Of a stretch of DNA of 27,788 nucleotides, positions 1 through 9,153 are shown one piece after another. Numbering within the stretch: position 1 is the first letter of the stretch; every line of letters begins with the position of its first letter. This DNA is from Candidatus Thorarchaeota archaeon. Its GTDB lineage: Archaea; Asgardarchaeota; Thorarchaeia; Thorarchaeales; Thorarchaeaceae. Location of the stretch: contig JBHIAE010000036.1 of the NCBI GenBank assembly GCA_046758445.1, forward strand, positions 1 to 27,788, in the 5' to 3' direction. The notes beneath the pieces are model-generated. The model was not told the origin of the DNA. It saw nothing but the letters and a program-made list of their open reading frames with translations, and made no database searches. The position numbers and the translations under genes were made by a program.

Positions 1-2
1 TC

Positions 3-2915
3 AGGCATGACTCACCCCGCAGGACCCACCTCGACGAGATCATCTATAACATCCCAACGACGCCTTGGAGATTTGGATGGTTGACTCCACAGGAGGAAGA
101 TGTCCGAGTCATCGTGCAGGACACTCCTACCAAGGCAGACCCCTGGAGTGTCGCAATCCACGTGCCCCAGCTGATGGGTTTTGCAGAGAAGTTCAGGGGA
201 CTTGCCAGGCGGGATAGAATCGTTGCTCCTGAAACAATGGTAGCGTACACCAAAGACATTCAGTCCATGCATGGAAGAGGAGTGACTCTCTCCGAGATCT
301 ATGCATCTACTGGTAGACTCTCGAACGAGTCATTCTCTGAGGTCCTGGAGGATGCATTGACTCTGGTACCAAGTGTCCTAAGATGTAGAGTTCCTGCGTC
401 TTCTGAAAAGGAGGTGGCGAAAGAACTGCCCTCAGAAGAACCTCCTTGGCGGTCAGTCATCCAGACCGTGAGTACCGGAGGTGGGCTGGCAATGACTGAG
501 AGAATGGCCCTCGATGTCACGAGACCTCCTCCAACGCCGCGAAGAGGTGAGAGGAGATACACTGATGTTCTCACTGACTCTGAGGACGGCATTACCAGAC
601 GTTGGTTCTATGAACGGACACCAAAGCAAATTCATGAGGATGAACGCACTGTGTCTACCCATCCCCCAGTCGTGGAGGACATGGGGGCAGGAGAGATTGA
701 TACAAGCGAAACCCGTGAACAAGAACTCAGGCGACTCTATTATTCGACACGGTATCTGAAGGACCAGAGTTACCTTACAAAGAGGCTGAGGGACTGCTGT
801 AAGAGGATAGAACGGTACTGTGCAAAGCAGTTCACCCTCATCCAGGAAGACCCCTCATTGAAGACTCCAGTGTTCTTCCTTGATGCACTCAGGAAGATTC
901 AGAAGGTCATCCTTGAGGACCCCAAGAGATTAGAAGTCTGGAAGGACCTCCTTCCGCTCAGGCAGGGGATTCTCGACCTCTTGAACTCCAAGAACAGAAT
1001 GGCCATGGAGGATGTCATGGAGATGACACCTGATGTCCTCCTCCTGTATGGCAACAACCTGTTTCTCGCTGTCTTGGCCGCCCTTGAGGACAGGAGTCCA
1101 TCCATTGCTGAACATCTCTGGCCCTCTGTAGCTGAGTGGACCCTCTACCAGCTCGGGATGAACATGGAGGATGGCGAATCAAGGTCGGTCTATAGCTACC
1201 AGGCAATCCTATCCAACCTCAGGACACGTGCCATGACGCTTGCACAGCTCAATCTCCCCGAGAGGACCATTCAACAGGAACAGGTCGGTGCGGTCGTCTG
1301 GAGAGAGTCCGAGTTCGGACTCGATGCTCTGCTCCTCATACCCCATGAGGATGGATTTCTCACAGGCCTCATCAAGGGCCTCGGAGATAGATGGATCCCA
1401 CCAAAGTGGCATCCCTGCGTGACGGCCCCTCAGGATATGAAGAGATTCGCAGAAGAGACTCTATTGTCCACCGACACAACTCCTCTTGTCATGACAACGG
1501 TCCTGAAAACAAAGGTCCTCTGGGTACCAGTTTTGACCGAGTATGACGACGACCTCCAATGGGTCTCATTCTCTCTGGTGCATGGCAAACCCAGTGGACG
1601 ATGGAACAGAGTTTCCTGGGTCAAACTAGAAACAACAGTCCCTCTTGCTTCCCCTGGCAGTGTGCCCGTAATTCCAGACTCTGTCACGGAGGTGCTCGGT
1701 AGGCTCGCACGAGTCAAGCACAGTACGATACCCATGGAGCTGATGGTCAGTGTCAACAATGACCTGAAGGTCTTCGAGGTCGAGCTTCATGGAAACTCTA
1801 TCAAAGAACGACTTGAGTTCTCAAGGACGGGAGAACTTGTACGGTTCCTCAGGTCGCCAGTCCGATTAGGAGGGGGACATCGTTCACAGGGGAACACACT
1901 CACCTGGGATCACAAGAGGGACATCGACTATGGCGGCGGCTCGCTCTCCTTCCTTAGACCCCTGGTCCATCGAAGTCGGTTCTATCCTGATGAGTTTCAT
2001 TATCCAAGGACATGCAAGGAGCTACTTGCTTCAACTACCGGGAATGAGATTACACTGGCCATCCGACAGGAACATGGCTACCATAGGATTGAGGTAGAGG
2101 ACCTGCCAGAGGACTCTTCCCTGAGAGGACTGGAGGAGATAGGATTCGATGCCCATGCTCTTGGACTGTTGGCCGATTGTGGGAAGCTCTTCGACCCTGA
2201 TAGTAGAATGTGGCATCCGGTCAATCTCAATGTCAATGCCATCATGGACATGAGGTTCTCCAGACTCCACGAGTACCCACGGCTTGAAGAAGCAATCCGG
2301 GAAGCCGATGCAAGTGAGTTCGATTGGTCAAGGGATACTTGGCGTCTATCTACCAGGATCATAGGCAACGAGTTGTTCTGGTCCATCATCTCGGGGACCA
2401 CAGGCAGACCCTGGAGGAATAGGACATTCACGTTCACACTGACGCCGGGCACCCCACCTGACAAAGAGTTAGAGGTGTTCCGTCAGGAGGTCAAGGCGAT
2501 TGCTCCTCTCTCTCATCTTAGCAATCTGGATGACGAATTGAGAATCCACAGAGAAACTCTCCATGAGAGATATGAGGAGTTCAAGTCGTCCTTGGATCAG
2601 GTCACTCCGTTGTACGATGAGAGGCACGTCTTCAGGTATAAAGGACTTGAGGTCAGGAGGGAGCGATCTCATACGGTGGTCGTAGTGTTTCTCGAGTCAG
2701 ATGACGGGGATAGTCCGCATGTATACGTGGTGAACGATGTCAATAGATGTCTGAATGACTCTCAGTTTGCTGGGGCCATCGACTCAGAACGTGTTGATAC
2801 TGAGGTGAATGCTAGTCTCGCATCCTATGGCATTGATGAAGATGTACTCAGTGTGATAAGAGAGGAGGTCAAAAAGGTCCTGAAGGAGAAGGGTGTCAGG
2901 TTCTATGAGCAGTAA
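3..2915 (+). CDS. Very large hypothetical protein, 5'-truncated by the window (>970 aa)
   Basis: The 944-aa ORF (81..2915) stays open back to the window start (RHDSPRRTHLDEIIYNIPTTPWRFGWLTPQEE...), so the TTG at 81 is probably not the true start. No recognisable motif; no clear TM helix. Confidence 0.8.
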   Translation, partial: RHDSPRRTHLDEIIYNIPTTPWRFGWLTPQEEDVRVIVQDTPTKADPWSVAIHVPQLMGFAEKFRGLARRDRIVAPETMVAYTKDIQSMHGRGVTLSEIYASTGRLSNESFSEVLEDALTLVPSVLRCRVPASSEKEVAKELPSEEPPWRSVIQTVSTGGGLAMTERMALDVTRPPPTPRRGERRYTDVLTDSEDGITRRWFYERTPKQIHEDERTVSTHPPVVEDMGAGEIDTSETREQELRRLYYSTRYLKDQSYLTKRLRDCCKRIERYCAKQFTLIQEDPSLKTPVFFLDALRKIQKVILEDPKRLEVWKDLLPLRQGILDLLNSKNRMAMEDVMEMTPDVLLLYGNNLFLAVLAALEDRSPSIAEHLWPSVAEWTLYQLGMNMEDGESRSVYSYQAILSNLRTRAMTLAQLNLPERTIQQEQVGAVVWRESEFGLDALLLIPHEDGFLTGLIKGLGDRWIPPKWHPCVTAPQDMKRFAEETLLSTDTTPLVMTTVLKTKVLWVPVLTEYDDDLQWVSFSLVHGKPSGRWNRVSWVKLETTVPLASPGSVPVIPDSVTEVLGRLARVKHSTIPMELMVSVNNDLKVFEVELHGNSIKERLEFSRTGELVRFLRSPVRLGGGHRSQGNTLTWDHKRDIDYGGGSLSFLRPLVHRSRFYPDEFHYPRTCKELLASTTGNEITLAIRQEHGYHRIEVEDLPEDSSLRGLEEIGFDAHALGLLADCGKLFDPDSRMWHPVNLNVNAIMDMRFSRLHEYPRLEEAIREADASEFDWSRDTWRLSTRIIGNELFWSIISGTTGRPWRNRTFTFTLTPGTPPDKELEVFRQEVKAIAPLSHLSNLDDELRIHRETLHERYEEFKSSLDQVTPLYDERHVFRYKGLEVRRERSHTVVVVFLESDDGDSPHVYVVNDVNRCLNDSQFAGAIDSERVDTEVNASLASYGIDEDVLSVIREEVKKVLKEKGVRFYEQ

Positions 2916-3168
2916 CTTCTTTGACTGGTATGCAGGTAGACCGCAGGTTCTCCCTGAGAAGGAGGCAATGACTGCCATCATGTCAGTCACAAGTTCTTCC
3001 TGAGAACTATGCTGGTCAGGTTCTCGGCGTGCATCAAGGCGGAACCATAGTCCTCAAGCATGCGCTGCACGAGTTCTTAACCAAAACGTGCAATCCTGTC
3101 CCTGTGAGTGATGAAAGGGGTATGAATGGGCCCTCTTTGACCATCCTGAGGAGTCGTATGAGTCCTCG
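2913..3168 (-). pseudogene. tnpA: Decayed IS607-family transposase (serine recombinase TnpA), C-terminal half
   Basis: Manual minus-strand translation across frames gives RGLIRLLRMVKEG / FITHRDRIARFG*ELVQRMLEDYG / SSQEELVTDMMAVIASFSGRTCGLPAYQSKK. This matches the IS607 TnpA pattern R-x-G-L-x-x-L-L...D-R-L-x-R-F-G...E-L-V-x-D-x-x-x-I-x-x-x-F-S-x-R-x-Y-G. In-frame TAA at 3077-3079 and two frameshifts. Confidence 0.85.
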
Positions 3169-3472
3169 TTCTTAAGGGACAGACAAGGCATTTCGTGAAA
3201 TCTTACACATTTCTTTCACTTTTACAGCCAAGATTATCTAGAATTCTGTAAGAAATGACTGTATCCAGAATCCAGTCAACTGAAGAGCGAATGCAACCAG
3301 TGAACAAATCAAGTATCCTTGTCCGATTCCTGTATTGACGAATGTTCTTTCATAGTATGAACGTAGCATCCTCTGTCTCTCTTCTCAGACAACCGTTTCA
3401 AGAGATAAGTCTGGTCTCTGAATCAGTAGATATATCTCGGACGCATTTCGATTCCAAGGTCACAATCAGGAA

Positions 3473-4072
3473 ATGATGCTGATAGAATTGATGACACAGG
3501 AGACCCTTGAAAGCAGAAAGAAGCTCTTCGTCCTGATGATGCTTCTGGTTCTCCTGGTTATGCCTCTGGCGGCGAATGCCAAAAGGGTCCACCAATCCCA
3601 AGAGATTGGACCTTCTGATACACATGAGATATTGGTGGATGCCGTTTCTTGGAAGACCTTTACTCTATATTGCGAAGCCGGCGAAATACTCTGGGGGAGC
3701 TTTGAAGTGGTCAAGGATGGTGACCTATTCATAGGTGACCTGAAGAATTATGACTACTGGCTCCTGGAGGGCATTGATTTCTTCATTTGCAGCGAAGCAG
3801 ACTTCGAGTCTTGGGAGGACGGTGGCGACCTGAGTGCCCTCTTCGAACTGAGCAATGTGGCAAAACTGACCTGGAGTGTTGAGATTCCATCCACGGGAAC
3901 TTGGTACATTGTCTATTGGAACGACACCGTTTACATGAAGACAGTTAAGGGATCGTTCTTCAGAGAGTCTGATGCCGTACTCCCTCTTGTTTACGGAATT
4001 CTCATGGTGGGGTCCGCTGGGCTGCTGATTGTGTTAGGCATCATTATTCGTAGCATCAGATCTGGATCATAG
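3473..4072 (+). CDS. Exported, C-terminally anchored beta-sandwich protein (GOLD/emp24-like candidate)
   Basis: Signal peptide (RKKLFVLMMLLVLLVMPLAANA), then an aromatic-rich beta domain (GSFEV, GIDFFI, PSTGTWYIVYWN), a C-terminal TM helix and a short basic tail (RSIRSGS). Start could be a later Met (3491). Confidence 0.7.
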   Translation: MMLIELMTQETLESRKKLFVLMMLLVLLVMPLAANAKRVHQSQEIGPSDTHEILVDAVSWKTFTLYCEAGEILWGSFEVVKDGDLFIGDLKNYDYWLLEGIDFFICSEADFESWEDGGDLSALFELSNVAKLTWSVEIPSTGTWYIVYWNDTVYMKTVKGSFFRESDAVLPLVYGILMVGSAGLLIVLGIIIRSIRSGS

Positions 4073-4097
4073 TGATGCCATCAGTCTGGGATTGTTC

Positions 4098-4146
4098 CAT
4101 GAGGATGGATGCTGTGAACCGCTAGACCACAGCATCGTTCCTCATG
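4098..4146. terminator. Long inverted repeat between convergent genes (bidirectional terminator or 3' stabilising hairpin)
   Basis: CATGAGGA-TG-GATGCTGTG [11-nt loop] CACAGCATC-GT-TCCTCATG: 8+9 bp perfect stems between the stops at 4072 and 4151. Confidence 0.6.
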
Positions 4147-4150
4147 CTGC

Positions 4151-4600
4151 CTACTCGCTTGCCGCGACTTCACCTTCGCCCTCGATTTGCTTCTCTTGAC
4201 TGGCTTCTCTACTCGGAAGAAACTCGTCAATCAACTCGTAGAGGGCTCGCCCGAGCATGCCACCAAAACCGCCAAGGAGAGCTCCGAACAGTAAGCTGAT
4301 GACTATCACTAGGACTCCAAGTCCCGAAAGACCAAGGAGACCGATGAAGAAGTTGGCGACATCCACAGCTTGGGCTGTCGCTACGAGGAAGGCGAACAGC
4401 AGACTCCATGCGATACCCACGCCAAGGAACCCTAGCAGAAAGGCGCGTCTGATTCTTCTCACGAAAAGGGCACCTACCGCACCAGCGACTAGCATCGTCA
4501 TCCATACTCCACTCAGTTCCAGAGCCATGCTGATGACGATCACAACTATGAGCGCCGGGAAGAAGTCCAACTCAGGCATAATCTCGTCGATTTTCGTCAC
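4151..4600 (-). CDS. Small Gly-rich integral membrane protein, unknown function
   Basis: About 4 hydrophobic helices with GxxxG repeats (LFGALLGGFGGMLG) and an acidic tail. GTG start 11 nt after the acylase stop, so probably co-transcribed. Confidence 0.75.
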   Translation of the reverse strand: MTKIDEIMPELDFFPALIVVIVISMALELSGVWMTMLVAGAVGALFVRRIRRAFLLGFLGVGIAWSLLFAFLVATAQAVDVANFFIGLLGLSGLGVLVIVISLLFGALLGGFGGMLGRALYELIDEFLPSREASQEKQIEGEGEVAASE

Positions 4601-4611
4601 TTTTTCGCCCC

Positions 4612-7191
4612 CTATGATGTGAAGATGATAGTTCTCTCTATCATCGAGCCATCTGTGTCAGCTGCCCGGAAAGCATCCGCAGTCGCATAATAGTACAACA
4701 GATGGTAGCCGTATTGCTCTGTTACTGGATCAAAAGCGTACCATATGTCAAAGAGGTCATCCCAATGGGGACTGAACATGTTGCCGCTTTGTCCTCCTGG
4801 ATATGCCATATATGACATCTGGATGCTGCTGAAGTCGGCAATCAGCCTCGTCGATGGTCCACCTCTATTTAGCCAGCCTCCCGCGTTATTGAGGGTATTC
4901 TGACCACGATGAGGACCACCGCCAATAAACGTCATGCCTGCCATGTGTTCAACATAGACAATGTGTCGATTTCCGTACTTCCAGTCGGGTTCGTCTGCCC
5001 AAGCCTCAGTGAGGTCGTTTATGGCACGGTGAAGCGCCCTCACTAGGATCTCGTCTCGTGTTTCAACAGTAGCGCTAGTCGTTTGGTCGTCGAAGTAGGG
5101 TCCAGTGTTGTTCTCCAAGAGATGCTCGAGGACCGGAACTCGCGAGAGTGGCAACGCAGTGTCAATGGTGCGAAGCTCGTCAAAGGTTTCGTAAGTGATT
5201 GCACTCAGCAGATACATCCATACTGTTGGTGCCTCCTCATTTGGATCCATCTCGTGGTCCCAGTTTCTCAGCCAGTCAACTACCCCGTCCAAGGTCGTGT
5301 TGCCATCTCCCAAGGCATCCCACGCATCGACAACATAGGGCACAATCTCTTGAGCTCTGACCTCAACAGAATCGGCTTGATACTTCTTCATGTCATCGAC
5401 TGTTACAACAGGATCATTGGAGAGCAAGTCATAGATTCGTCGACCTCTGTAGCCATCACTGAAGGGACCAAGAATCTCGAACCCATAGTTGCTGGGAAGA
5501 GTTCCTCTTTGATTTGCAGACGACACGAATCCACGCGACGGATTGATCTCACGAGGATTGAATGCGTAGGGGACGTTACTGACCATGCCGATCGAGTCGT
5601 TCAACGCCGTTACAGGGAAATTGCCATTGTATCCATTCCTTATGGGAAAGCGTCCTACAACGAGCATGGCAATGTTTCCGTCATCGTCACCATAGACGCA
5701 GTTCTGTGGGGGTGAGTCCCACCAATACATTGCATCGAGAAACTCGTCTAGATTGGTGGCCTTCATGAACAGAGCCGAAGCGAGTATCGGATGAGTCACT
5801 CCAGAGCCAGTCCAGTTCATTGCCAAGTTGGGATTTGATTCGCTGTCAAGTCCGTACGTGTTGGTTGCTGAGTCGATTAATGGACCGTGTACGGACGTCT
5901 TGACGGTAAATGGAATGACAATTCCTTCCTTAGTGTGGATGGCTTCATCTATCTCCTCGAAGGCTCGATATTCTCCATCATACATGTATTCGCTAGAGTT
6001 GGCAGGATTCAGTTGCTCCACAAAGATGTCACATACATCTGCTCCAACATTCGTAAATCCGTAAGCAACATGTCCATTGTGACCGATAAGAACCGCAGGT
6101 AGACCTGGGAAGGTTGTTCCCGTTATATCAAGTACCCCTGGTACAACAATGTGAGCTTCATACCAGACTGATGGTGCTTGATAGCCCAGGTGTGGATCAC
6201 TAGCGACGATGGGGTCTCCAGTCGAAGACTTGGACCCATTGACCGCCCAGTTGTTGCTACCAACAATGTTCTCATCACCTAGAAACAGAGGAGAGCTATC
6301 TGCTAGCTTGATGATGGCTTCAAGCTTCTCCTGGGAGATCTCTGCCTCTTCAGCCATCGCTAGGCTCACCAGACTGCCTGGGTCGTCGGTTGCGGGAAAT
6401 CCTCCCGGAGCATTCGGATACTCAACGTAGCTCAGGTTCACGTGTTCTTGGACTATTGGGACGATGTTCGGCAAGACATCCGGAAATAGCTCATAGAACA
6501 TCGTGTCGTTGTTAATGGTCTCTCTCACCCAGAGATTCCGCATGTCTTCAATCCCTCCAGACAGACCCCATGCGATTGTATTCGCAGCAGTGAAGCAGTC
6601 TACTGGCTTCCAAAGCTCAGGAGTGTAGCCAAGAATCTTGAATTCTATCGGGGTAGTGGCAGGAGTCAAGGTACGAATGAATGCGTTTATTCCATCAGTC
6701 AGGCCATAGACACCATCCAGCGCCAATGCAACATCTGCATTTGTCGCCGCGTTGTCCTCAAACCACTCCAAGGTTTCCTGCGCAGCTCTCTCAAGTCCTA
6801 TACTCCTATAGTACTTGTCAGAGCTGTTCGCGTAGGCTCCCACTATCTCGCTGATTCTGCCGGCTGCGAAGTGTTTCTGCATGATTATCTGGAATAGTCT
6901 GTCCTTGGCATGCATATAGCCCAATGCCATCATTGCATCCTTGGTTGATTCACCATAGATATGCGGGATTCCCCATTCGTCGATTAGCACCTCAACATCT
7001 GCAACAAGTCCCGGAAGTGCAATCCTCTGCATCTCCGGTTCGTTGATGACGCCTCCATTGTCGAAGATGCCTCCAAATGGTTGAATGATCCCAAGGCCAC
7101 CAGTCAGAGGACCAATTGGCATAGTCAATATGATTACCAAGGCGACAGGTCCAATGAGTGAGAGGCCAAAGTTCAGAACCTTCCTTCTCAT
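4612..7191 (-). CDS. Penicillin acylase family (peptidase S45) Ser-Ntn hydrolase, N-terminally membrane-anchored
   Basis: DEWGIPHIYG, ALGYMHAKDRLFQ, catalytic GSNNWAV, SDPHLG...WYEAH, GHNGHVAYGFTN, SANQR, PGGQSGN. N-terminal TM helix. ATG at 7191 preceded by GGAGAG. Confidence 0.93.
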   Translation of the reverse strand: MRRKVLNFGLSLIGPVALVIILTMPIGPLTGGLGIIQPFGGIFDNGGVINEPEMQRIALPGLVADVEVLIDEWGIPHIYGESTKDAMMALGYMHAKDRLFQIIMQKHFAAGRISEIVGAYANSSDKYYRSIGLERAAQETLEWFEDNAATNADVALALDGVYGLTDGINAFIRTLTPATTPIEFKILGYTPELWKPVDCFTAANTIAWGLSGGIEDMRNLWVRETINNDTMFYELFPDVLPNIVPIVQEHVNLSYVEYPNAPGGFPATDDPGSLVSLAMAEEAEISQEKLEAIIKLADSSPLFLGDENIVGSNNWAVNGSKSSTGDPIVASDPHLGYQAPSVWYEAHIVVPGVLDITGTTFPGLPAVLIGHNGHVAYGFTNVGADVCDIFVEQLNPANSSEYMYDGEYRAFEEIDEAIHTKEGIVIPFTVKTSVHGPLIDSATNTYGLDSESNPNLAMNWTGSGVTHPILASALFMKATNLDEFLDAMYWWDSPPQNCVYGDDDGNIAMLVVGRFPIRNGYNGNFPVTALNDSIGMVSNVPYAFNPREINPSRGFVSSANQRGTLPSNYGFEILGPFSDGYRGRRIYDLLSNDPVVTVDDMKKYQADSVEVRAQEIVPYVVDAWDALGDGNTTLDGVVDWLRNWDHEMDPNEEAPTVWMYLLSAITYETFDELRTIDTALPLSRVPVLEHLLENNTGPYFDDQTTSATVETRDEILVRALHRAINDLTEAWADEPDWKYGNRHIVYVEHMAGMTFIGGGPHRGQNTLNNAGGWLNRGGPSTRLIADFSSIQMSYMAYPGGQSGNMFSPHWDDLFDIWYAFDPVTEQYGYHLLYYYATADAFRAADTDGSMIERTIIFTS

Positions 7192-7329
7192 TATTCTCTC
7201 CAACCTTTGTGAAACATAGTCCCTTATCGATGAACATGGCGATTCTTAAGGGTTAGGAGCAAACGAAGCCTATCTATTGGGGAAGCTTTTTCTGCGAGTA
7301 CCTTCCAGCACAATGACTTGTGAGCCACA

Positions 7330-8376
7330 ATGGTAAAGACAGAGACATTTCGTGGTAGAGACTTCATCACGCTTCTCGACTACACAAAGGAAGAGATAGA
7401 GACCATCCTTGATGTTTCTCTGGACCTCAAGCGCAAGTTCGCCATGGGAGAGCCCCATAAGCTCCTTGACGCGAAGACGCTCTTCATGATCTTCTACAAT
7501 CAAAGCCTGAGGACCAGAAACTCGTTCGAGGCCGGTATGACGCAACTGGGAGGCCACGCTCACTTTCTGGACCCAAGCAAGATCTACGCTCCAGCATTAG
7601 AAGGAGATGAGGAGGCCTATACCACCGAGCGAGTTTCAGACGTAGCTCGTGTGTTAGCTCGAATGGGTGATGCCATTGCTATCAGATGTTACGGAGATCC
7701 GGTGGGTTGGATATACGGCAAGGCGAATGAGGTACTCAACAACTTCGCATACTGGAGTCACATTCCAATCATAAACATGGAGGATGACATCTACCATCCA
7801 TGTCAAGGCCTTGCCGATGTTATGACCGTGAAGGAGAAGTTTGGAACCTTCAAGGGAATCAAATTTGTCATGAGCTGGGCGTACTCTCCTTCAGTGCACA
7901 AACCACTTGCTGTACCCCAGAGTGCAATCATTGCTGCCACCAAGATGGGGTGCGATACCGTTCTCGCTCATCCAAGAGGGATGGAGCTGGATGATAAGAT
8001 TCTGGACCAATGCAGGGTGATGGCAGAGGAGAATGAGTCCAGTTTCGACATTGTCTACGACATGGATGAGGCATTCGAGGGTGCACATGTTGTCTATCCA
8101 AAGGCATGGACATGTAAGGAGTTCATTCCGCCTTTCAATGATAAACCTGAGCTGGAGAAGTCGCAGGCGCTCTTCGACAAGAACAAGCACTGGATCTGTG
8201 ATGATGACAAGATGAAGATTGCGGGACCAAAGTCGATGTATATGCACTGTCTGCCTTGTGATCGAGGCTTTGAGGTCACGAACTCTGTGATTGACGGTCC
8301 CCAGTCCATTGCGTTTGACCAGGCCGAGAACCGACTTCACGCGCAGAAGGCTGTCATGGCACTTACAATGCGCTGA
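7330..8376 (+). CDS. Carbamoyltransferase 1, knotted YgeW/N-acetylornithine carbamoyltransferase-like (ATCase/OTCase superfamily)
   Basis: FYNQSLRTRNSFE (SxRT carbamoyl-phosphate motif), HPCQGLAD, MSWAYSPSVHKPLAVPQS (YgeW-like loop), VYPKAW, YMHCLP, DQAENRLHAQKA. Lacks the OTCase DxxxSMG motif. Confidence 0.9.
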   Translation: MVKTETFRGRDFITLLDYTKEEIETILDVSLDLKRKFAMGEPHKLLDAKTLFMIFYNQSLRTRNSFEAGMTQLGGHAHFLDPSKIYAPALEGDEEAYTTERVSDVARVLARMGDAIAIRCYGDPVGWIYGKANEVLNNFAYWSHIPIINMEDDIYHPCQGLADVMTVKEKFGTFKGIKFVMSWAYSPSVHKPLAVPQSAIIAATKMGCDTVLAHPRGMELDDKILDQCRVMAEENESSFDIVYDMDEAFEGAHVVYPKAWTCKEFIPPFNDKPELEKSQALFDKNKHWICDDDKMKIAGPKSMYMHCLPCDRGFEVTNSVIDGPQSIAFDQAENRLHAQKAVMALTMR

Positions 8377-8482
8377 TAGCACTTTCGCCGTGAAAGACTG
8401 CTGGGTCCTGATTCCAATCCTCTATGCTTTCCCAACCACTGATATGTGTCAAGGTTCTCCACTAACTTCCGGAGGTCCAATA

Positions 8483-9082
8483 ATGGAGGATCAGCTAGAG
8501 CTGATGGTCAAGTACCTCGTACACCTTCAGTTCTATTCTGAAGAGGAGGACGTTATCTTCAGCAGGGACAAGAAGGTCCGCATCCATGTTCCTGAAGCAG
8601 GACCCGTCGTGCTTGCTTTTGAAGTGTATCTAAAGCAGTTCATCTACCTAATCCGAGAAAAACGGTATGTAGAGTATCTGGAGAAAGTGGCCGAGATACT
8701 TCCCATCAAGACTACCGAGGTCGAATGGGAGTTCCAAAAGAACATCCGAGAGATAGGGGAGGAAGATATCTCAGATATGCTTGTGGTGAATTTCCTCATC
8801 GGTCCTATCAGATCCACGATTCAGACAAGAGAGTTCGATGTACTCATGGAACGCATCAAGCGTGAAGCAAGACGTAGACTCGTGGAACCTCTGATCGACA
8901 CAACGATAGACCGGCGGTTGGCTCATCTCTATTCTTCCAACGACCCAACAGTGGCCCTTCTGTACAACCTGACACTTCTCCGTCTACTTGCTTCGGTCTT
9001 CGGCAACCCTGAATCTCGTCAAGTTGTAGACGACCTCGTCCAGTCATATTCTGAACAACTGATAGCAAAACTGATAGCGTGA
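8483..9082 (+). CDS. Hypothetical alpha-helical protein (199 aa)
   Basis: ATG at 8483 with a strong GGAGG SD at 8471-8475. The ORF-track extension to 8291 overlaps the upstream gene and is probably non-coding. Confidence 0.75.
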   Translation: MEDQLELMVKYLVHLQFYSEEEDVIFSRDKKVRIHVPEAGPVVLAFEVYLKQFIYLIREKRYVEYLEKVAEILPIKTTEVEWEFQKNIREIGEEDISDMLVVNFLIGPIRSTIQTREFDVLMERIKREARRRLVEPLIDTTIDRRLAHLYSSNDPTVALLYNLTLLRLLASVFGNPESRQVVDDLVQSYSEQLIAKLIA

Positions 9083-9153
9083 ACCCAAGGATCTCTGGAT
9101 GACTGGTCTGCCATGGTGACTCATAATACAGGGACATTCGCCAACATACGTCG

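Noticed and set aside
2784-2990. 68-aa minus-strand ORF as a real gene
   Set aside because: Its N-terminus is the tail of the IS607 pseudogene, and the rest is antisense run-through into the giant gene.
4098-4146. Hairpin beginning AUGA with AA in the loop as a possible eukaryote-like/Asgard SECIS
   Set aside because: The AUGA is Watson-Crick paired with UCAU, with no tandem GA quartet, and neither flanking gene has an in-frame TGA.
7330-8376. Annotation of either carbamoyltransferase as canonical argF/arcB or pyrB
   Set aside because: The substrate-specific SMG (OTCase) and RxQxER (ATCase) motifs are absent in both.
8291-8482. N-terminal extension of the 263-aa ORF
   Set aside because: It overlaps the carbamoyltransferase 3' end; a strong SD and ATG at 8483 give a better start.
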